Assembly: GCA_937974575.1 (NCBI GenBank)
Contig: CALJVI010000051.1
Location: 3,811 to 67,810, forward strand
Length of the DNA stretch: 64,000 nt
Direction: 5' to 3'
DNA from: an uncultured Saprospiraceae bacterium
GTDB lineage: Bacteria > Bacteroidota > Bacteroidia > Chitinophagales > Saprospiraceae
Shown piece by piece: positions 1-10,168 of the stretch. The translations under genes were made by a program, and so were the position numbers. Position 1 is the first letter of the stretch, and each line of letters begins with the position of its first letter. The notes under the pieces are model-generated. The model was given only the letters and a program-made list of their open reading frames with translations, did not search any database and had not been told where the DNA came from.

Positions 1-198
1 AACATAGCTCTTACGCAGTAAATACACATGTTTACTATCTGCGAAAACTATAGATTCTAATACTGTGGCTTTAGGTATATTATATTGCTCACTTAATTGA
101 ATATCAGCAAAGGCATCATCTTGAGCATAGTTGTAGGACAAAAAGGTCGAGATGAATAGTCCAACCCAGCAAATTTGTAGAAGAACTTTTTGATTCAT
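1..198 (-). CDS. partial CDS (N-terminus only, continues past window start); predicted secreted protein of unknown function
   Basis: Reverse complement starts with ATG at 198-196 and reads MNQKVLLQICWVGLFISTFLSYNYAQDD... with no stop down to position 1. The N-terminus looks like a signal peptide. It is absent from the ORF track because it is open-ended. Confidence 0.5.
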   Translation of the reverse strand, partial: MNQKVLLQICWVGLFISTFLSYNYAQDDAFADIQLSEQYNIPKATVLESIVFADSKHVYLLRKSYV

Positions 199-1119
199 TT
201 ATCCCTTTTGTATACTCCTATAATTAATGGCGCTGGAAGGATCTAACTTTGTACAAATTTTTAATACGTCGCTTTTCTCTGTGCTGGTCCCAGCTCTAAA
301 GATATCGATCAATTCATTTCGCTTAGCATTAAAAAACATTTGAATGATCATACTATTGGGCAATGCATCTCCAACCTTCTTTACACTCTGCATCGCTTTT
401 AGAATATTTGCTCTACCAAGCTCTACATTCTTCGGCATCATATCCAAACCTCTCAAATGATAGTCATATACTGCGTATCGCAATTCCTTTGCTCTAGGAT
501 TGAGGATGTTTTCCAAGATCCAATATCTATTTCTATTGCTATCTTTTGGTCTCCAACCTGGATTGGAACTAGCTACATTGGAGGGGATAATATTGATTAT
601 ATTTTGTGCTTTTTGAAAGTACTCCTCACCACCCAAAGGTTCAAAAGAGTCATAATCCATTCCTAATATCACGTACATATAAAATCCAATCACAGAGGTA
701 AGATTATCATTGAAGTTGTTTTCCGAAAATTCTAATGGTTGGTACTGCTCGTATCTAAAGGTAACGTCACCATCTACATGAGTCAACAAAGCAGTCTCCA
801 AACTACTGCCAAAAACGGGGCGCACAGACTGAATAGCCAAATCAGCCTTGAAGCTGGTTGCAGAAAGCTCTTCTGTAATGGTCAACTGGATATTACCTTT
901 TATTCTTTCTGTCTGTTCAAAAACATCACCAGTCCACTTGCGACTATTGATAAAGTTTTCCAATTGATTTTCCAAATCCTGAAAAACTCTAGGATCCACA
1001 ATCTGTAACTTTGGGGTATTGACGACCACCTCAAATTCGAATTCTTGGGCGAAAATAGGATTCCAAATAGCCATAAAAGCTAAACCTAAGAATGTGTATA
1101 TCAGTGAAGTCTTTTTCAT
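199..1119 (-). CDS. DUF4835 family protein (PorD-like, T9SS-associated)
   Basis: 306 aa with signal peptide MKKTSLIYTFLGLAFMAIWNPIFAQE. It sits directly downstream of coaBC in the bamD-rpoZ-coaBC block, the usual Bacteroidota context for DUF4835. Family recalled, not searched. Confidence 0.6.
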   Translation of the reverse strand: MKKTSLIYTFLGLAFMAIWNPIFAQEFEFEVVVNTPKLQIVDPRVFQDLENQLENFINSRKWTGDVFEQTERIKGNIQLTITEELSATSFKADLAIQSVRPVFGSSLETALLTHVDGDVTFRYEQYQPLEFSENNFNDNLTSVIGFYMYVILGMDYDSFEPLGGEEYFQKAQNIINIIPSNVASSNPGWRPKDSNRNRYWILENILNPRAKELRYAVYDYHLRGLDMMPKNVELGRANILKAMQSVKKVGDALPNSMIIQMFFNAKRNELIDIFRAGTSTEKSDVLKICTKLDPSSAINYRSIQKG

Positions 1120-1122
1120 CTT

Positions 1123-2334
1123 TTATTTTTTTGGACTCGCCAATTGTTCTGTTAACCGAACAATGTCTAGAGCCACTTCTTTTTTGGATTTGAGTTTAAA
1201 CTTGTGAACTCCACCCTGCTTATCAAAAATAGTAACCTTGTTGGTATTGTGTGCAAAACCTGCACCTTTATCTTTTAAAGAGTTCAACACGATCATGTCA
1301 AAGTTCTTTTTCTTCAATTTTCCTTTTGCCGAAGCGACCTCATTATTGGTCTCCAGCGCAAAGCCTATATTAAACTGTTTGCTCGTCTTGAGGCTACCCA
1401 GCTTTGCTGCGATATCCTGTGTCCGTTCCAATTCGATATTCAAGCCCCCGCCTTTCTTTTTTATCTTCTGAGAAGCCACCGTCTTGGGTGTATAATCTGC
1501 TACTGCTGCGGACATTACTGCAATGTCAGCCTTTTTATACTTCTTCACAGCTTCTTTGCACATTTGAGCAGCGGATACTACACGCACTACTTTGATGTTG
1601 GGATGATCGATTTTTATAATACTAGGTCCTAGGATCAGGTACACTTTTGCACCTTGATTGGCAAATGCGAGTGCTATCTCAGTACCCATTTTGCCCGTAG
1701 ACCTATTGCCTATAAAACGCACAGGATCTATAGCTTCGTATGTCGGACCAGCAGTGATGAGTACTGTTTTTCCTTTAAATTTGCCTTGAGTGCTAGAATG
1801 CGTCTTTACAAACTGGAGGATATCTTCAGGTTCCGCCATTCGACCCTCTCCTACCAGCCCCGAAGCCAGTTCGCCATTGCCTACTGGGATGAGGTGATTG
1901 CCATAAGATTGCAGTTGCAGGATATTATCCTTTGTAGCAGGATGCTTCCACATATCCAGATCCATAGCAGGTGCGAAATATACCGGACATTTTGCTGATA
2001 AGTAGGTAGCCACTACGATATTGTCGCATAGGCCCATACGCATCTTAGCCAATGTCGTAGAGGTCGCTGGAGCCACAATCATCAAATCGGCCCAAAGGCC
2101 CATTTCGACATGGTTGTTCCAGCTATCGCCATCGATCACGCTGGTATGTACAGAATGCTTAGAAAGAGTGGAAAGGGTAAGTGGACTTATGAATTTGGTG
2201 GCAGCATTGGTCATCAATACTTTCACCTCAGCCCCCTGCTTGACAAAGAGCCGAACAAGGGTCGCAGCCTTATAAGCTGCGATACTCCCACATATACCCA
2301 AAAGAATTTTCTTGTTTGCCAGGTCCATTGCCAT
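1123..2334 (-). CDS. coaBC: bifunctional phosphopantothenoylcysteine decarboxylase / phosphopantothenate-cysteine ligase
   Basis: 403 aa. N-terminal flavoprotein motif KKILLGICGSIAAYKA and C-terminal ligase segment ITAGPTYEAIDPVRFIGNRSTGKMG. Confidence 0.93.
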   Translation of the reverse strand: MAMDLANKKILLGICGSIAAYKAATLVRLFVKQGAEVKVLMTNAATKFISPLTLSTLSKHSVHTSVIDGDSWNNHVEMGLWADLMIVAPATSTTLAKMRMGLCDNIVVATYLSAKCPVYFAPAMDLDMWKHPATKDNILQLQSYGNHLIPVGNGELASGLVGEGRMAEPEDILQFVKTHSSTQGKFKGKTVLITAGPTYEAIDPVRFIGNRSTGKMGTEIALAFANQGAKVYLILGPSIIKIDHPNIKVVRVVSAAQMCKEAVKKYKKADIAVMSAAVADYTPKTVASQKIKKKGGGLNIELERTQDIAAKLGSLKTSKQFNIGFALETNNEVASAKGKLKKKNFDMIVLNSLKDKGAGFAHNTNKVTIFDKQGGVHKFKLKSKKEVALDIVRLTEQLASPKK

Positions 2335-2364
2335 GGTATATTTTACAAGATTTGGGCTAAAAGG

Positions 2365-2712
2365 TTAGTCTACGTCGTAAGTTTTTTTCTTCTCTGGGTA
2401 TCTGAAGTGCGTTTCATCATTCAAAAACTCATCCATTGCAATGATTACAGGATTAGGGATTCTCTCATAAAACTTAGAAATCTCTATTTGCTCCTTGTTT
2501 TCATGAATCTCTTCGATCGCATCAGAAGTCTCAGCAAACTCTTCAAGCTTTTGATAAAGCTCTTTCTTAAGAGCTACATTTACTTGCTTTGCACGCTTAG
2601 TAATCACAGATAGTGTTTCATAGATATTCTTATGCTCCCCTATCATTATATCCATGTTTTTAGGCTGGATACTGGGATTAAGATTTTGAACTTTAGATTT
2701 TATATCCTTCAT
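2365..2712 (-). CDS. rpoZ: DNA-directed RNA polymerase subunit omega (Bacteroidota type)
   Basis: 115-aa acidic helical protein between bamD and coaBC, which is conserved synteny. It overlaps the bamD 3' end by 20 nt; an internal Met at residue 20 is an alternative start. Confidence 0.65.
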   Translation of the reverse strand: MKDIKSKVQNLNPSIQPKNMDIMIGEHKNIYETLSVITKRAKQVNVALKKELYQKLEEFAETSDAIEEIHENKEQIEISKFYERIPNPVIIAMDEFLNDETHFRYPEKKKTYDVD

Positions 2713-3511
2713 TTCTTAATTCTTTTATTCTTTTATCTGTAGTCTTAGCGATATCTGCTAATTCACTTTTAAATCTTGTCTTGGTATACTTCTTTTTGAA
2801 GTCGCCCATCCTCTTAATAACGTCTCCAAATCGTTCTGGTTGCTTTGTCACGATACTATTATCAGCATATAAGAACAAAGACTTGATAACCATGAAGCGT
2901 ACTTTCTCTGAATCTGCTGTCTCTGGAAAATCTTTTAATAGATTTTCAAATGAGCTCACAGCCGACTCATAGTTTCTCAAGTTGAAGTAAAGCTCTCCTT
3001 CTGCGTAGGCTTTTTCCTGCATTTTATTACGCATCACGTCTATGAGGCGGTTGCATTCTGCTACTCGATCGCTCGTAGGATAGGTATTCACAAACAACTG
3101 AAACTCCTCTATCGCCTTTTGCGAGTAGGTTTGATCCAATTTAGCATTAGGAGATAATCTATAGTTTGAAAAGGCTTTCATAAAATCCGCCTCTTCTCTC
3201 AACTGACTATTCAGAAACTTTGCCGAAAAATCTTTAAAGTAGAATGCCGCCAATGTATAACGCTCCAAATGAAATTGAGTGTATGCATAGTTAAAATATG
3301 CCTGCTCCGACTCCGATCTACCTCTGATAGAACCCAATACAGATTCATACAAGGTCTGTGCTTTCAAGTATTCACCATCGCCAAAGTACTTCGCAGCACT
3401 TTCTAACAATGTAGGGATGTCACCAGTTTCTTGCAACTTCTCTAATTCTGTCTTACATGAAGTTCCGAGTAACAATAGACTAAAAAGGAGGAGGAAAACA
3501 CTTTTATTCAT
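2693..3511 (-). CDS. bamD: outer membrane protein assembly factor BamD (TPR lipoprotein)
   Basis: 272 aa with a lipoprotein-type signal LLLLGTSCK and TPR-like helical repeats. Lies upstream of rpoZ-coaBC. Confidence 0.75.
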   Translation of the reverse strand: MNKSVFLLLFSLLLLGTSCKTELEKLQETGDIPTLLESAAKYFGDGEYLKAQTLYESVLGSIRGRSESEQAYFNYAYTQFHLERYTLAAFYFKDFSAKFLNSQLREEADFMKAFSNYRLSPNAKLDQTYSQKAIEEFQLFVNTYPTSDRVAECNRLIDVMRNKMQEKAYAEGELYFNLRNYESAVSSFENLLKDFPETADSEKVRFMVIKSLFLYADNSIVTKQPERFGDVIKRMGDFKKKYTKTRFKSELADIAKTTDKRIKELRNEGYKI

Positions 3512-3698
3512 AAGGATGCAAAATTAACGCTTTTTCATTTAATACCTAGTAAAGTGTAGCTACTCACTCAAAAAGTTGGTTAATTAATGACATATTTTAT
3601 AACATAACAGTAGAAGTACCGAGTTTATTGGGTTTTCAGCTGCTTTCGAGGCATTATATATATCGATATTAAGCTATTTACGGGCTATTTTTTTTGTG

Positions 3699-3868
3699 TT
3701 TGGGCGTGCCTCAGTCCGATCTTAGCTTGATATCTCAAAGTATAGGTATTGCATATCGGACTGAGTCGCGTCATCCAGGGGTCCGCATTCGCTGCCGTCC
3801 CCTAGCTCCGTACCTCCGCTAGGTGACTGACCCTAAGGGGTCACCCTTCCTACCGCTCACGCAAAAAA
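3699..3868 (+). repeat. G+C-rich structured intergenic element, copy 1
   Basis: Starts TTTGGGCGTGCC and ends CTCACGCAAAAAA. An 11-bp stem pairs 3710-3720 with 3755-3765. Contains small hairpins CCTAGC..GCTAGG (loop TCCGTACCTCC) and TGACCC/GGGTCA around CCTAAGG. Confidence 0.8.
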
Positions 3869-3877
3869 GAGTTTCTT

Positions 3878-3948
3878 GATAGATGGATTTGTACTCCCCT
3901 TGCAGATTGGATCATTCTCCATTCAGGATCATAAAGCCGCAGTCAGCT
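3878..3948. repeat. direct repeat, copy 1 (pairs with 4061-4122)
   Basis: The core GCAGATTGGATCATTCTCCATTCAGGATCATAAAGCCGCAGTCA matches the core at 4078-4121 at 38 of 44 positions by hand alignment. Confidence 0.7.
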
Positions 3949-4060
3949 CCTTTTAAACATATAAGACATAGAAGAGCAACATATAAGGGCATAGAAGAAA
4001 TAGACATTTATCTAATTCTTACTTTTTGCTAAGCGCTCTTTGGGGAACGCGGATGACACT

Positions 4061-4122
4061 GATCGAGTGGATCTACGCAGATTGGATCTTTCTTCATTCA
4101 AGATCATAGAGCTGTAGTCATA
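4061..4122. repeat. direct repeat, copy 2 (pairs with 3878-3948)
   Basis: GATCGAGTGGATCTACGCAGATTGGATCTTTCTTCATTCAAGATCATAGAGCTGTAGTCATA; see copy 1. Confidence 0.7.
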
Positions 4123-4160
4123 GATTAAGATAGTGTTTTAAAACCCTTAGATACTTTGTT

Positions 4161-4326
4161 CTGTTGCGGAAGCGAATAGCTGGAGCTCGGCAAGCGGATG
4201 CGCGCTAGAGACAAGCGATAGCAGCGGCATCCTGACTGTAGCGTAGCGAAAGTTAGGATATAGCGAATAGCGCGGTCACATGCTGACGTAGGCTCGTCCG
4301 GAGTCAGCACTGTGATGGCCCCAAAT
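4161..4326 (-). repeat. G+C-rich structured intergenic element, copy 2 (inverted relative to copy 1)
   Basis: The reverse complement starts TTTGGGGCCATCAC, carries a hairpin CACAGTGCTGAC..GTCAGCATGTG and an ACTCCG box, and ends CGCTTCCGCAACAG. It shares GCTTGTCTCT, TTCGCTAC and GCCGCTGC strings with the copy at 21920-22112. Confidence 0.7.
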
Positions 4327-4354
4327 AAGGAAAACCCTCCAAAAAGTAAATGTA

Positions 4355-5503
4355 TTATGGCTTGATGACGACCAAGCGCTTTGTCGTAATGACCTTGCCT
4401 GTCGTATCTGTAAGACTATATAAGTACGTCCCTTTGCGAAATGTACTTAGGTCTACTTTGAGCATCTTATTGCCTGAAATATAGTTGCGTTCACGGTAAG
4501 CCTCTAGACCTAAAATATTGTAAATAGTAAGTTCATAATAATCAGGCTTGAGGTTGACACAATCAAATTTTGCATAGGTGATCGCTGGGTTTGGATAAGC
4601 ATATACATTCTCATATCCTTGCCTAACTTGTGTAGCTACACTAGTCATGATATCTTCACTCTTATACGTAAATGTCTCTACGTTTTCTTCCTTAGAATCC
4701 AGTGTCAAAACGGCGATAGGATCTTTTATACCTTGTGCCCAATGCGTGTAGGTAATGGTCGTATCCATACCCAAAAAACCACCTCCGCCTGCTTGACCTG
4801 CAAACTGGTCGGTCACGTCTACCCAGTCTAAAATGGGTACTTTGACCTCCAATCTAGACTCCGTAAGCTGAACACGTTTTTGTCTAAGTGTCTCGTAGGA
4901 GTTATTGCTCGGCAGCTTGACAGTACCCCAAGCATCTACCAAATCTACTCTATCAATAGTGATGCGAATACGAATAGAATCGGGTGCAAATGGCAAACTA
5001 TCAATCAACTCACTAGGCAAAGCCTGTGCTGAAAAAGCAATATCTGATGCTGAACTGTAAGTATCAAAATCTAAAAAATCTAAGGGTGCTTTTTGCTCTG
5101 GCAAAGCAGGCTCAAAACGAGAAACCAAGTTGATCCCAAATCCAGTAGGATCTGGTCCCTCAAAACCTAAAACCTCAAAGTCTGTATCTGTAGCACGGTA
5201 AAAAGTCGTGCCTGTACCGATAGTTACCATGGTAGCATTTGGGAATGCAGAAATAGAATCTGCGCTTTCTGGTGTATCGTAAACTATGGTATTGGTCACC
5301 CCTGAACCTACTTGACTAAAATCCCACAACTGATCGTCACCGCTATCGGTGATCGGAATAGCACCTAGCTCCGGTACAATAGTGATGGTTGAAATAGAAT
5401 CACCAACTACAGGAAAGTAGGTATTGTCCAATGTAATCTGAGCCTTTATAGCTGCAGCACTGAAGAACATAATAAAAATAAAACTTATGTATATTTTACT
5501 CAT
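4355..5503 (-). CDS. T9SS type A sorting domain-containing secreted protein, function unknown
   Basis: The C-terminal ~80 aa fit the Por secretion tail pattern (YAYPNPA...LTIYNILGLE...GTYLYSL...KRLVVIKP). I moved the start to an internal ATG that gives signal peptide MSKIYISFIFIMFFSAAAIKAQ; the track ORF runs to 5551. Confidence 0.8.
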   Translation of the reverse strand: MSKIYISFIFIMFFSAAAIKAQITLDNTYFPVVGDSISTITIVPELGAIPITDSGDDQLWDFSQVGSGVTNTIVYDTPESADSISAFPNATMVTIGTGTTFYRATDTDFEVLGFEGPDPTGFGINLVSRFEPALPEQKAPLDFLDFDTYSSASDIAFSAQALPSELIDSLPFAPDSIRIRITIDRVDLVDAWGTVKLPSNNSYETLRQKRVQLTESRLEVKVPILDWVDVTDQFAGQAGGGGFLGMDTTITYTHWAQGIKDPIAVLTLDSKEENVETFTYKSEDIMTSVATQVRQGYENVYAYPNPAITYAKFDCVNLKPDYYELTIYNILGLEAYRERNYISGNKMLKVDLSTFRKGTYLYSLTDTTGKVITTKRLVVIKP

Positions 5504-5630
5504 AATATCCTGTGCGGTTGTGATTAATAAAGTTAAGCTTTTCTGTGTCAAGTTTCTTGATTTAAGAAAGAATTAACACGGCTTGCATACTTAAACAGGG
5601 ATGCTTTCAGACTTAAAGAACTGACTGTGT

Positions 5631-7451
5631 CTAGAATAGTTGCATTTTGACCAATTTTTGATAGTCTCCATTTTTCTCCATGAGGGACTCATGCGAGCCC
5701 TGTTCGATGATCTTTCCTTCCTTAAGGACAACTATTTCGTCAGCATGCTGAATGGTACTCAATCGGTGAGCGATGATAATCGCCGTACGGTTTTGCATTA
5801 CCTTTTGGATAGATTGCTGTACCAAATGTTCGGACTTGGAATCCAAGGCTGAAGTAGCTTCATCCAAAATAAGTATCGGAGGATCTCGCAGTATGGCACG
5901 GGCTATGGTCAAGCGTTGGCGTTGTCCACCACTCAGCTTCGCTCCCCGATCACCTATATTAGTCTCATAGCCATTTTCGGTTTCTAATATAAAATCATGC
6001 GCATTGGCCACCTTTGCAGCATTGATCACCTGCTCTTTGGTCACATCATTATATCCAAAAGTGATATTGTTGTAGATACTGTCATTAAACAAAATGGGCT
6101 CCTGTGTAACCAGTCCAAACAAACTTCGCAGATCTTGCAGTTTTACCTTTCTAATATCTTTGCCATTGAGCATGATACTACCTGTGGTCACGTCGTGGTA
6201 ACGCATTATTAAGTCGACTAAGGTAGACTTTCCTCCTCCAGATGGACCGACTAGTGCGATCACTTTTCCCTTTGGTACTTGCAAGTTTATATTATCAAGT
6301 ACTAAGTTTTTTTGATCAGTATATGTAAAGGAAACTTGCTCAAAAGAAATTCCTTTTTCAAAATGAGTAAGCGGTATGGCATCAGGTGCATCTATGATGC
6401 TATTTTTTTGAAGAATGATTTCATTGACTCGATCTACCGCAGCAGTCCCTTTGCGAATATTGAAGTAAGCATTGCTTAATTTTTTTGCTGGCTCCGTTAC
6501 ATTCCAAAAAGCTAAAATAAAAGCTATAAAAGTAGAAGCATTTAATTCTCCTTTTTGGATCAAATCGTAACCGTAAAAAATAAGGATGGCAAAAATTCCA
6601 ATTCCCAAAAATTCGGACAAGGGTGATGATAGATCTCTACGCCATAACAATCTGGTAAGCGCATCCTTGTATCCGTCATTCACTGCTAAGAATTTATCTT
6701 TCTGGTAAGACTCTGCATTGAAAGCTTTGATCACTTTGAGGCCTGATAAACCTTGTTCGAGCAAAGACATTAGCGTACCTAATTTTGACTGTGCCTGGTG
6801 CGATTGTTTTTTTAGTGCTCTACCTATGGATCCTATAATCACAGTAGAGACAGCCAATAAAATAATAACAAATAAGGTAAGTTTGGAACTGATAAAAAGC
6901 ATAATCGATAATGATCCAATGATCATCAAAGGTTCTCTGATCACCACTTCGATCATGTTCAATATGCTCCACTGTATTTCGTGAACATCATTGCTTACTC
7001 TAGAAATGATATCTCCTTTGCGCTGCTCATTGAAAAAGCCCAAAGGCAAATCCATAGAATGATCAAAAAGTCTTTGACGTAAATCTCTGACCACTCCATT
7101 GCGAGCAGGGACGACAAAAAACTGGGATAGATATCGAAATAGGTTTCTAAAAAAATAAGCAGTAAGTAATACGCCTAATACAAAGCCAAGGGCATTTTTT
7201 TTGCCTTGCTCAATAATAATCTGCGAAAAGTAGTACCTGAAGTATTCCGCATAGCTATTCACATCAAAATAGGAAAAATCAGGTTTGATGGTAAGCAACT
7301 CTTCTTGGTCGAGCAGTAGATTCAAAAAAGGAACAAAAAGAGTAATCGAGAAAACAGAAAAGATTACCATCAGGATATTACACAATATATTAAGCGCTAT
7401 ACGATGTTTGTATGGCTTAATAAATGCTGCTAAGTCCCAGAATTTCTTCAT
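5631..7451 (-). CDS. ABC transporter ATP-binding/permease fusion (MsbA-like exporter)
   Basis: 606 aa. N-terminal multi-TM exporter domain, then an NBD with Walker A GPSGGGKST, signature LSGGQRQR and Walker B ILILDEATSALD. Confidence 0.9.
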   Translation of the reverse strand: MKKFWDLAAFIKPYKHRIALNILCNILMVIFSVFSITLFVPFLNLLLDQEELLTIKPDFSYFDVNSYAEYFRYYFSQIIIEQGKKNALGFVLGVLLTAYFFRNLFRYLSQFFVVPARNGVVRDLRQRLFDHSMDLPLGFFNEQRKGDIISRVSNDVHEIQWSILNMIEVVIREPLMIIGSLSIMLFISSKLTLFVIILLAVSTVIIGSIGRALKKQSHQAQSKLGTLMSLLEQGLSGLKVIKAFNAESYQKDKFLAVNDGYKDALTRLLWRRDLSSPLSEFLGIGIFAILIFYGYDLIQKGELNASTFIAFILAFWNVTEPAKKLSNAYFNIRKGTAAVDRVNEIILQKNSIIDAPDAIPLTHFEKGISFEQVSFTYTDQKNLVLDNINLQVPKGKVIALVGPSGGGKSTLVDLIMRYHDVTTGSIMLNGKDIRKVKLQDLRSLFGLVTQEPILFNDSIYNNITFGYNDVTKEQVINAAKVANAHDFILETENGYETNIGDRGAKLSGGQRQRLTIARAILRDPPILILDEATSALDSKSEHLVQQSIQKVMQNRTAIIIAHRLSTIQHADEIVVLKEGKIIEQGSHESLMEKNGDYQKLVKMQLF

Positions 7452-7542
7452 AAATACGGTAATCCTATTTATTTCAGGATATAAAACGACAGGTTAGCAA
7501 AAAATCGTGTACGAACTTATTGATGGTATTGAAAATCAATAC

Positions 7543-8907
7543 TTATTTTTTCTTTGTTTTTTTATCCTCGACCCCGAAGTCAAAATCAGCAAGGAATCCG
7601 GTATGGAAATCTCCTTTGCGAAATGACTCATCGCGCATGATTTTTTGATGAATCGGTACAGTAGTTTTTAGGCCTTCTATTATAAATTCATCTAAAGCTC
7701 TCTGCATCTTCTTGATACACTCTTCACGCGTTTGTGCGCGCGTGATAAGCTTAGCGATCATAGAATCGTAATGTGGCGATACGGTATACCCTGAGTATAC
7801 ATGAGTATCTACACGGACACCATGCCCCTTGGGAGAGTGAAAAGAGGTAATCTTACCTGGCGAAGGTCTAAAATCATTGTAGATATCTTCTGCATTGATT
7901 CTGCACTCCATAGCATGCATAGTAGGCTCGTAATTTTTCTTACCAATCTTCTCGCCTGCTGCAATCTTTATTTGTTCTTTGATCAAATCATGATCAATCA
8001 CTTCTTCGGTTACTGTGTGCTCCACTTGAATACGAGTATTCATTTCCATGAAGTAAAAATTCCTATGTTTATCCACAAGAAACTCTACTGTACCAACACC
8101 TTCATAGTTAATGGCTTCCCCTGCTTTAATCGCAGCTTCACCCATTTTTTTACGAAGAGATTTTGTCATGAAAGGAGAAGGAGATTCTTCTATCAATTTT
8201 TGATGTCTTCTCTGTATAGAACAGTCTCTTTCGGACAGGTGGATCACGTTACCATATTGGTCACCAGCAAGTTGTATTTCTATATGACGTGGTTCCTCAA
8301 CAAACTTCTCTATATAGATACCGTCATTGGCAAAAGAAGCTTTTGCTTCGTTTCTTGCCATATCCCAAGCATCAACAAACTCTGATTCTTCTCTGACGAT
8401 ACGCATACCTTTACCTCCACCACCGGCAGTAGCTTTAAGTATTACGGGATATCCGATTTTCTTAGCCAATTTGATTCCTTGCTTGGCATCTTTCAAAAGA
8501 CCGTCTGATCCAGGAACAACAGGGACACCTGCTTTGATCATGGTATCTTTTGCCGTGATCTTATCTCCCATTTTGCGAATTTGCTCAGGAGTAGGTCCTA
8601 TAAATTTTATTCCGTACTCGGTACAAACTTCAGCAAAGTCTGCATTCTCAGCAAGGAATCCATAACCAGGATGTACTGCATCAGCATTGGTAATTTCTAC
8701 CGCAGCCATTATTTTGGGTATTGAAAGATAAGATTGAGCGGAGGAAGCTGGTCCAATACAGACTGCTTCATCTGCAAATCTTACATGAAGACTTTCTCTG
8801 TCGACTGTAGAATATACAGCAACTGTCTTGATGCCCATCTCTTTGCAAGTACGTACAATACGCAGGGCTATTTCTCCTCTATTGGCAATTAGAATTTTCT
8901 TAAACAT
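7543..8907 (-). CDS. accC: acetyl-CoA carboxylase biotin carboxylase subunit
   Basis: 454 aa. Starts [17 protein letters not shown], has an ATP-grasp core ([12 protein letters not shown]) and [13 protein letters not shown]. Lies downstream of accB. Confidence 0.95.
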   Translation of the reverse strand: MFKKILIANRGEIALRIVRTCKEMGIKTVAVYSTVDRESLHVRFADEAVCIGPASSAQSYLSIPKIMAAVEITNADAVHPGYGFLAENADFAEVCTEYGIKFIGPTPEQIRKMGDKITAKDTMIKAGVPVVPGSDGLLKDAKQGIKLAKKIGYPVILKATAGGGGKGMRIVREESEFVDAWDMARNEAKASFANDGIYIEKFVEEPRHIEIQLAGDQYGNVIHLSERDCSIQRRHQKLIEESPSPFMTKSLRKKMGEAAIKAGEAINYEGVGTVEFLVDKHRNFYFMEMNTRIQVEHTVTEEVIDHDLIKEQIKIAAGEKIGKKNYEPTMHAMECRINAEDIYNDFRPSPGKITSFHSPKGHGVRVDTHVYSGYTVSPHYDSMIAKLITRAQTREECIKKMQRALDEFIIEGLKTTVPIHQKIMRDESFRKGDFHTGFLADFDFGVEDKKTKKK

Positions 8908-8939
8908 GGTCCTTTGTGGATTACGTTACATTCAAAAGA

Positions 8940-9488
8940 TTAGGCATTAGGGTCTACCAGATACAATACTTGGTCATATTCTACTGGTGATGCATCTTCT
9001 ATCATAACTTTGACAATCTTTCCCGATACTTCAGATTCAATTTCATTGAAAAGCTTCATCGCTTCTACAATACAAACAACATCTCCTACATTGATACTAT
9101 CCCCTACTTTTACATAAGGTGGTTTTTCTGGAGAAGCCGATCTATAGAAGGTACCGACGATCGGAGATTTTACTTCAATCAAATTATCATTAGCTGCATC
9201 AGCACCCGCACTAGCTGCTGGAGCTTCCGCTGCTGGAGCTGCTGCTGACTGCTCAACGACAGTAGCTGGCTGAACAGCTGGAGCTGCTGAAATAATATGT
9301 TGAACAGGTGCCGCAGCACTTACTGGCATCATAGGAGTCTGTATATTTGAATTAGATCCTGATTTGCTATAATTTTCTGTTCGTATAGTGACTTCAAAAT
9401 CTGTGTTTCTATATTTAAACTCAGAGAGATTAGTCTTACTTATGGTTTTTATTAAATCCGTTATTTCTTTGTAGGTCATCCTATGCAA
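8940..9488 (-). CDS. accB: acetyl-CoA carboxylase biotin carboxyl carrier protein
   Basis: 182 aa with an Ala/Pro-rich linker and a C-terminal biotinyl domain carrying EAMKL. An alternative start at Met4 (9479) is possible. Confidence 0.9.
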   Translation of the reverse strand: MHRMTYKEITDLIKTISKTNLSEFKYRNTDFEVTIRTENYSKSGSNSNIQTPMMPVSAAAPVQHIISAAPAVQPATVVEQSAAAPAAEAPAASAGADAANDNLIEVKSPIVGTFYRSASPEKPPYVKVGDSINVGDVVCIVEAMKLFNEIESEVSGKIVKVMIEDASPVEYDQVLYLVDPNA

Positions 9489-9512
9489 AAATTTAATTAA
9501 GGAATATTTGGG

Positions 9513-10079
9513 TTATGATTTCACTCTTTCCACGTAACTTGAAGTAGCCGTTTCGATTTTAATTTTATCACCTTTATTGATGAATAGTGGCACTTTGATC
9601 TCTGCTCCAGTTTCTACTGTAGCTGGCTTACCTGCATTGGTAGCCGTATTTCCTTTCTCACCTGGTTCGGTGTAGGTTACTTCTAGCTCAATATACTGTG
9701 GCATTTCGATAGTTAATGGCACATCTTTTTCAACATCATATAATACTTCAATCTCAGAACCTTCTTTCATTAGCATATGGTTTGGCAACATTGCTTCTTG
9801 CAAAAAAGTTTGTTCAAATGTCTCGTTATTCATGAAGTTGTATCCCATATCATCCTTATAAAGGTATTGGAATTTGCGTCTCTCCACTCTTACGATGTCT
9901 ATCTTATGCCCTGCTGGAAAAGTGTTGTCTACTACTTTGCCAGAAGTAAGACTTTTCATTTTTGTTCTTACAAAGGCAGCCCCTTTACCAGGCTTAACAT
10001 GCTGAAAACTAACTACTGTCCACACATCATGGTTGTAGTTCATGCAAAGACCATTTTTTATTTCTGAAGTAGATGCCAT
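9513..10079 (-). CDS. efp: elongation factor P
   Basis: 188 aa with VKPGKGAAFVRTKMK (the conserved modified-Lys loop region). Part of the efp-accB-accC arrangement. Confidence 0.95.
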   Translation of the reverse strand: MASTSEIKNGLCMNYNHDVWTVVSFQHVKPGKGAAFVRTKMKSLTSGKVVDNTFPAGHKIDIVRVERRKFQYLYKDDMGYNFMNNETFEQTFLQEAMLPNHMLMKEGSEIEVLYDVEKDVPLTIEMPQYIELEVTYTEPGEKGNTATNAGKPATVETGAEIKVPLFINKGDKIKIETATSSYVERVKS

Positions 10080-10168
10080 ATGAATCTGAGATTTACGTTT
10101 TTATAAAAGAATGCAAAAATAAGCAAATTATAGGTATCAATTGCCTCAATTGGGGCTAAAATCAATCC

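Noticed and set aside
2110-2613. 167-aa plus-strand ORF spanning the coaBC/rpoZ junction
   Set aside because: It is antisense to two well-supported genes and crosses their intergenic spacer, with a hydrophobic low-complexity translation and no motif.
4125-4310. Short ORFs located in the G+C-rich elements (4125..4310, 31174..31380, 31179..31361, 41569..41790, 61978..62274)
   Set aside because: Their translations are unrelated to each other although the DNA elements are homologous. They are Arg/Pro/Ser-rich, as expected from G+C-rich non-coding sequence, and they cross hairpin arms.
7801-8385. 194-aa plus-strand ORF antisense to accC; also 8327..8665
   Set aside because: It lies entirely within the highly conserved accC coding region and has no recognisable motifs. 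It is a typical shadow ORF.
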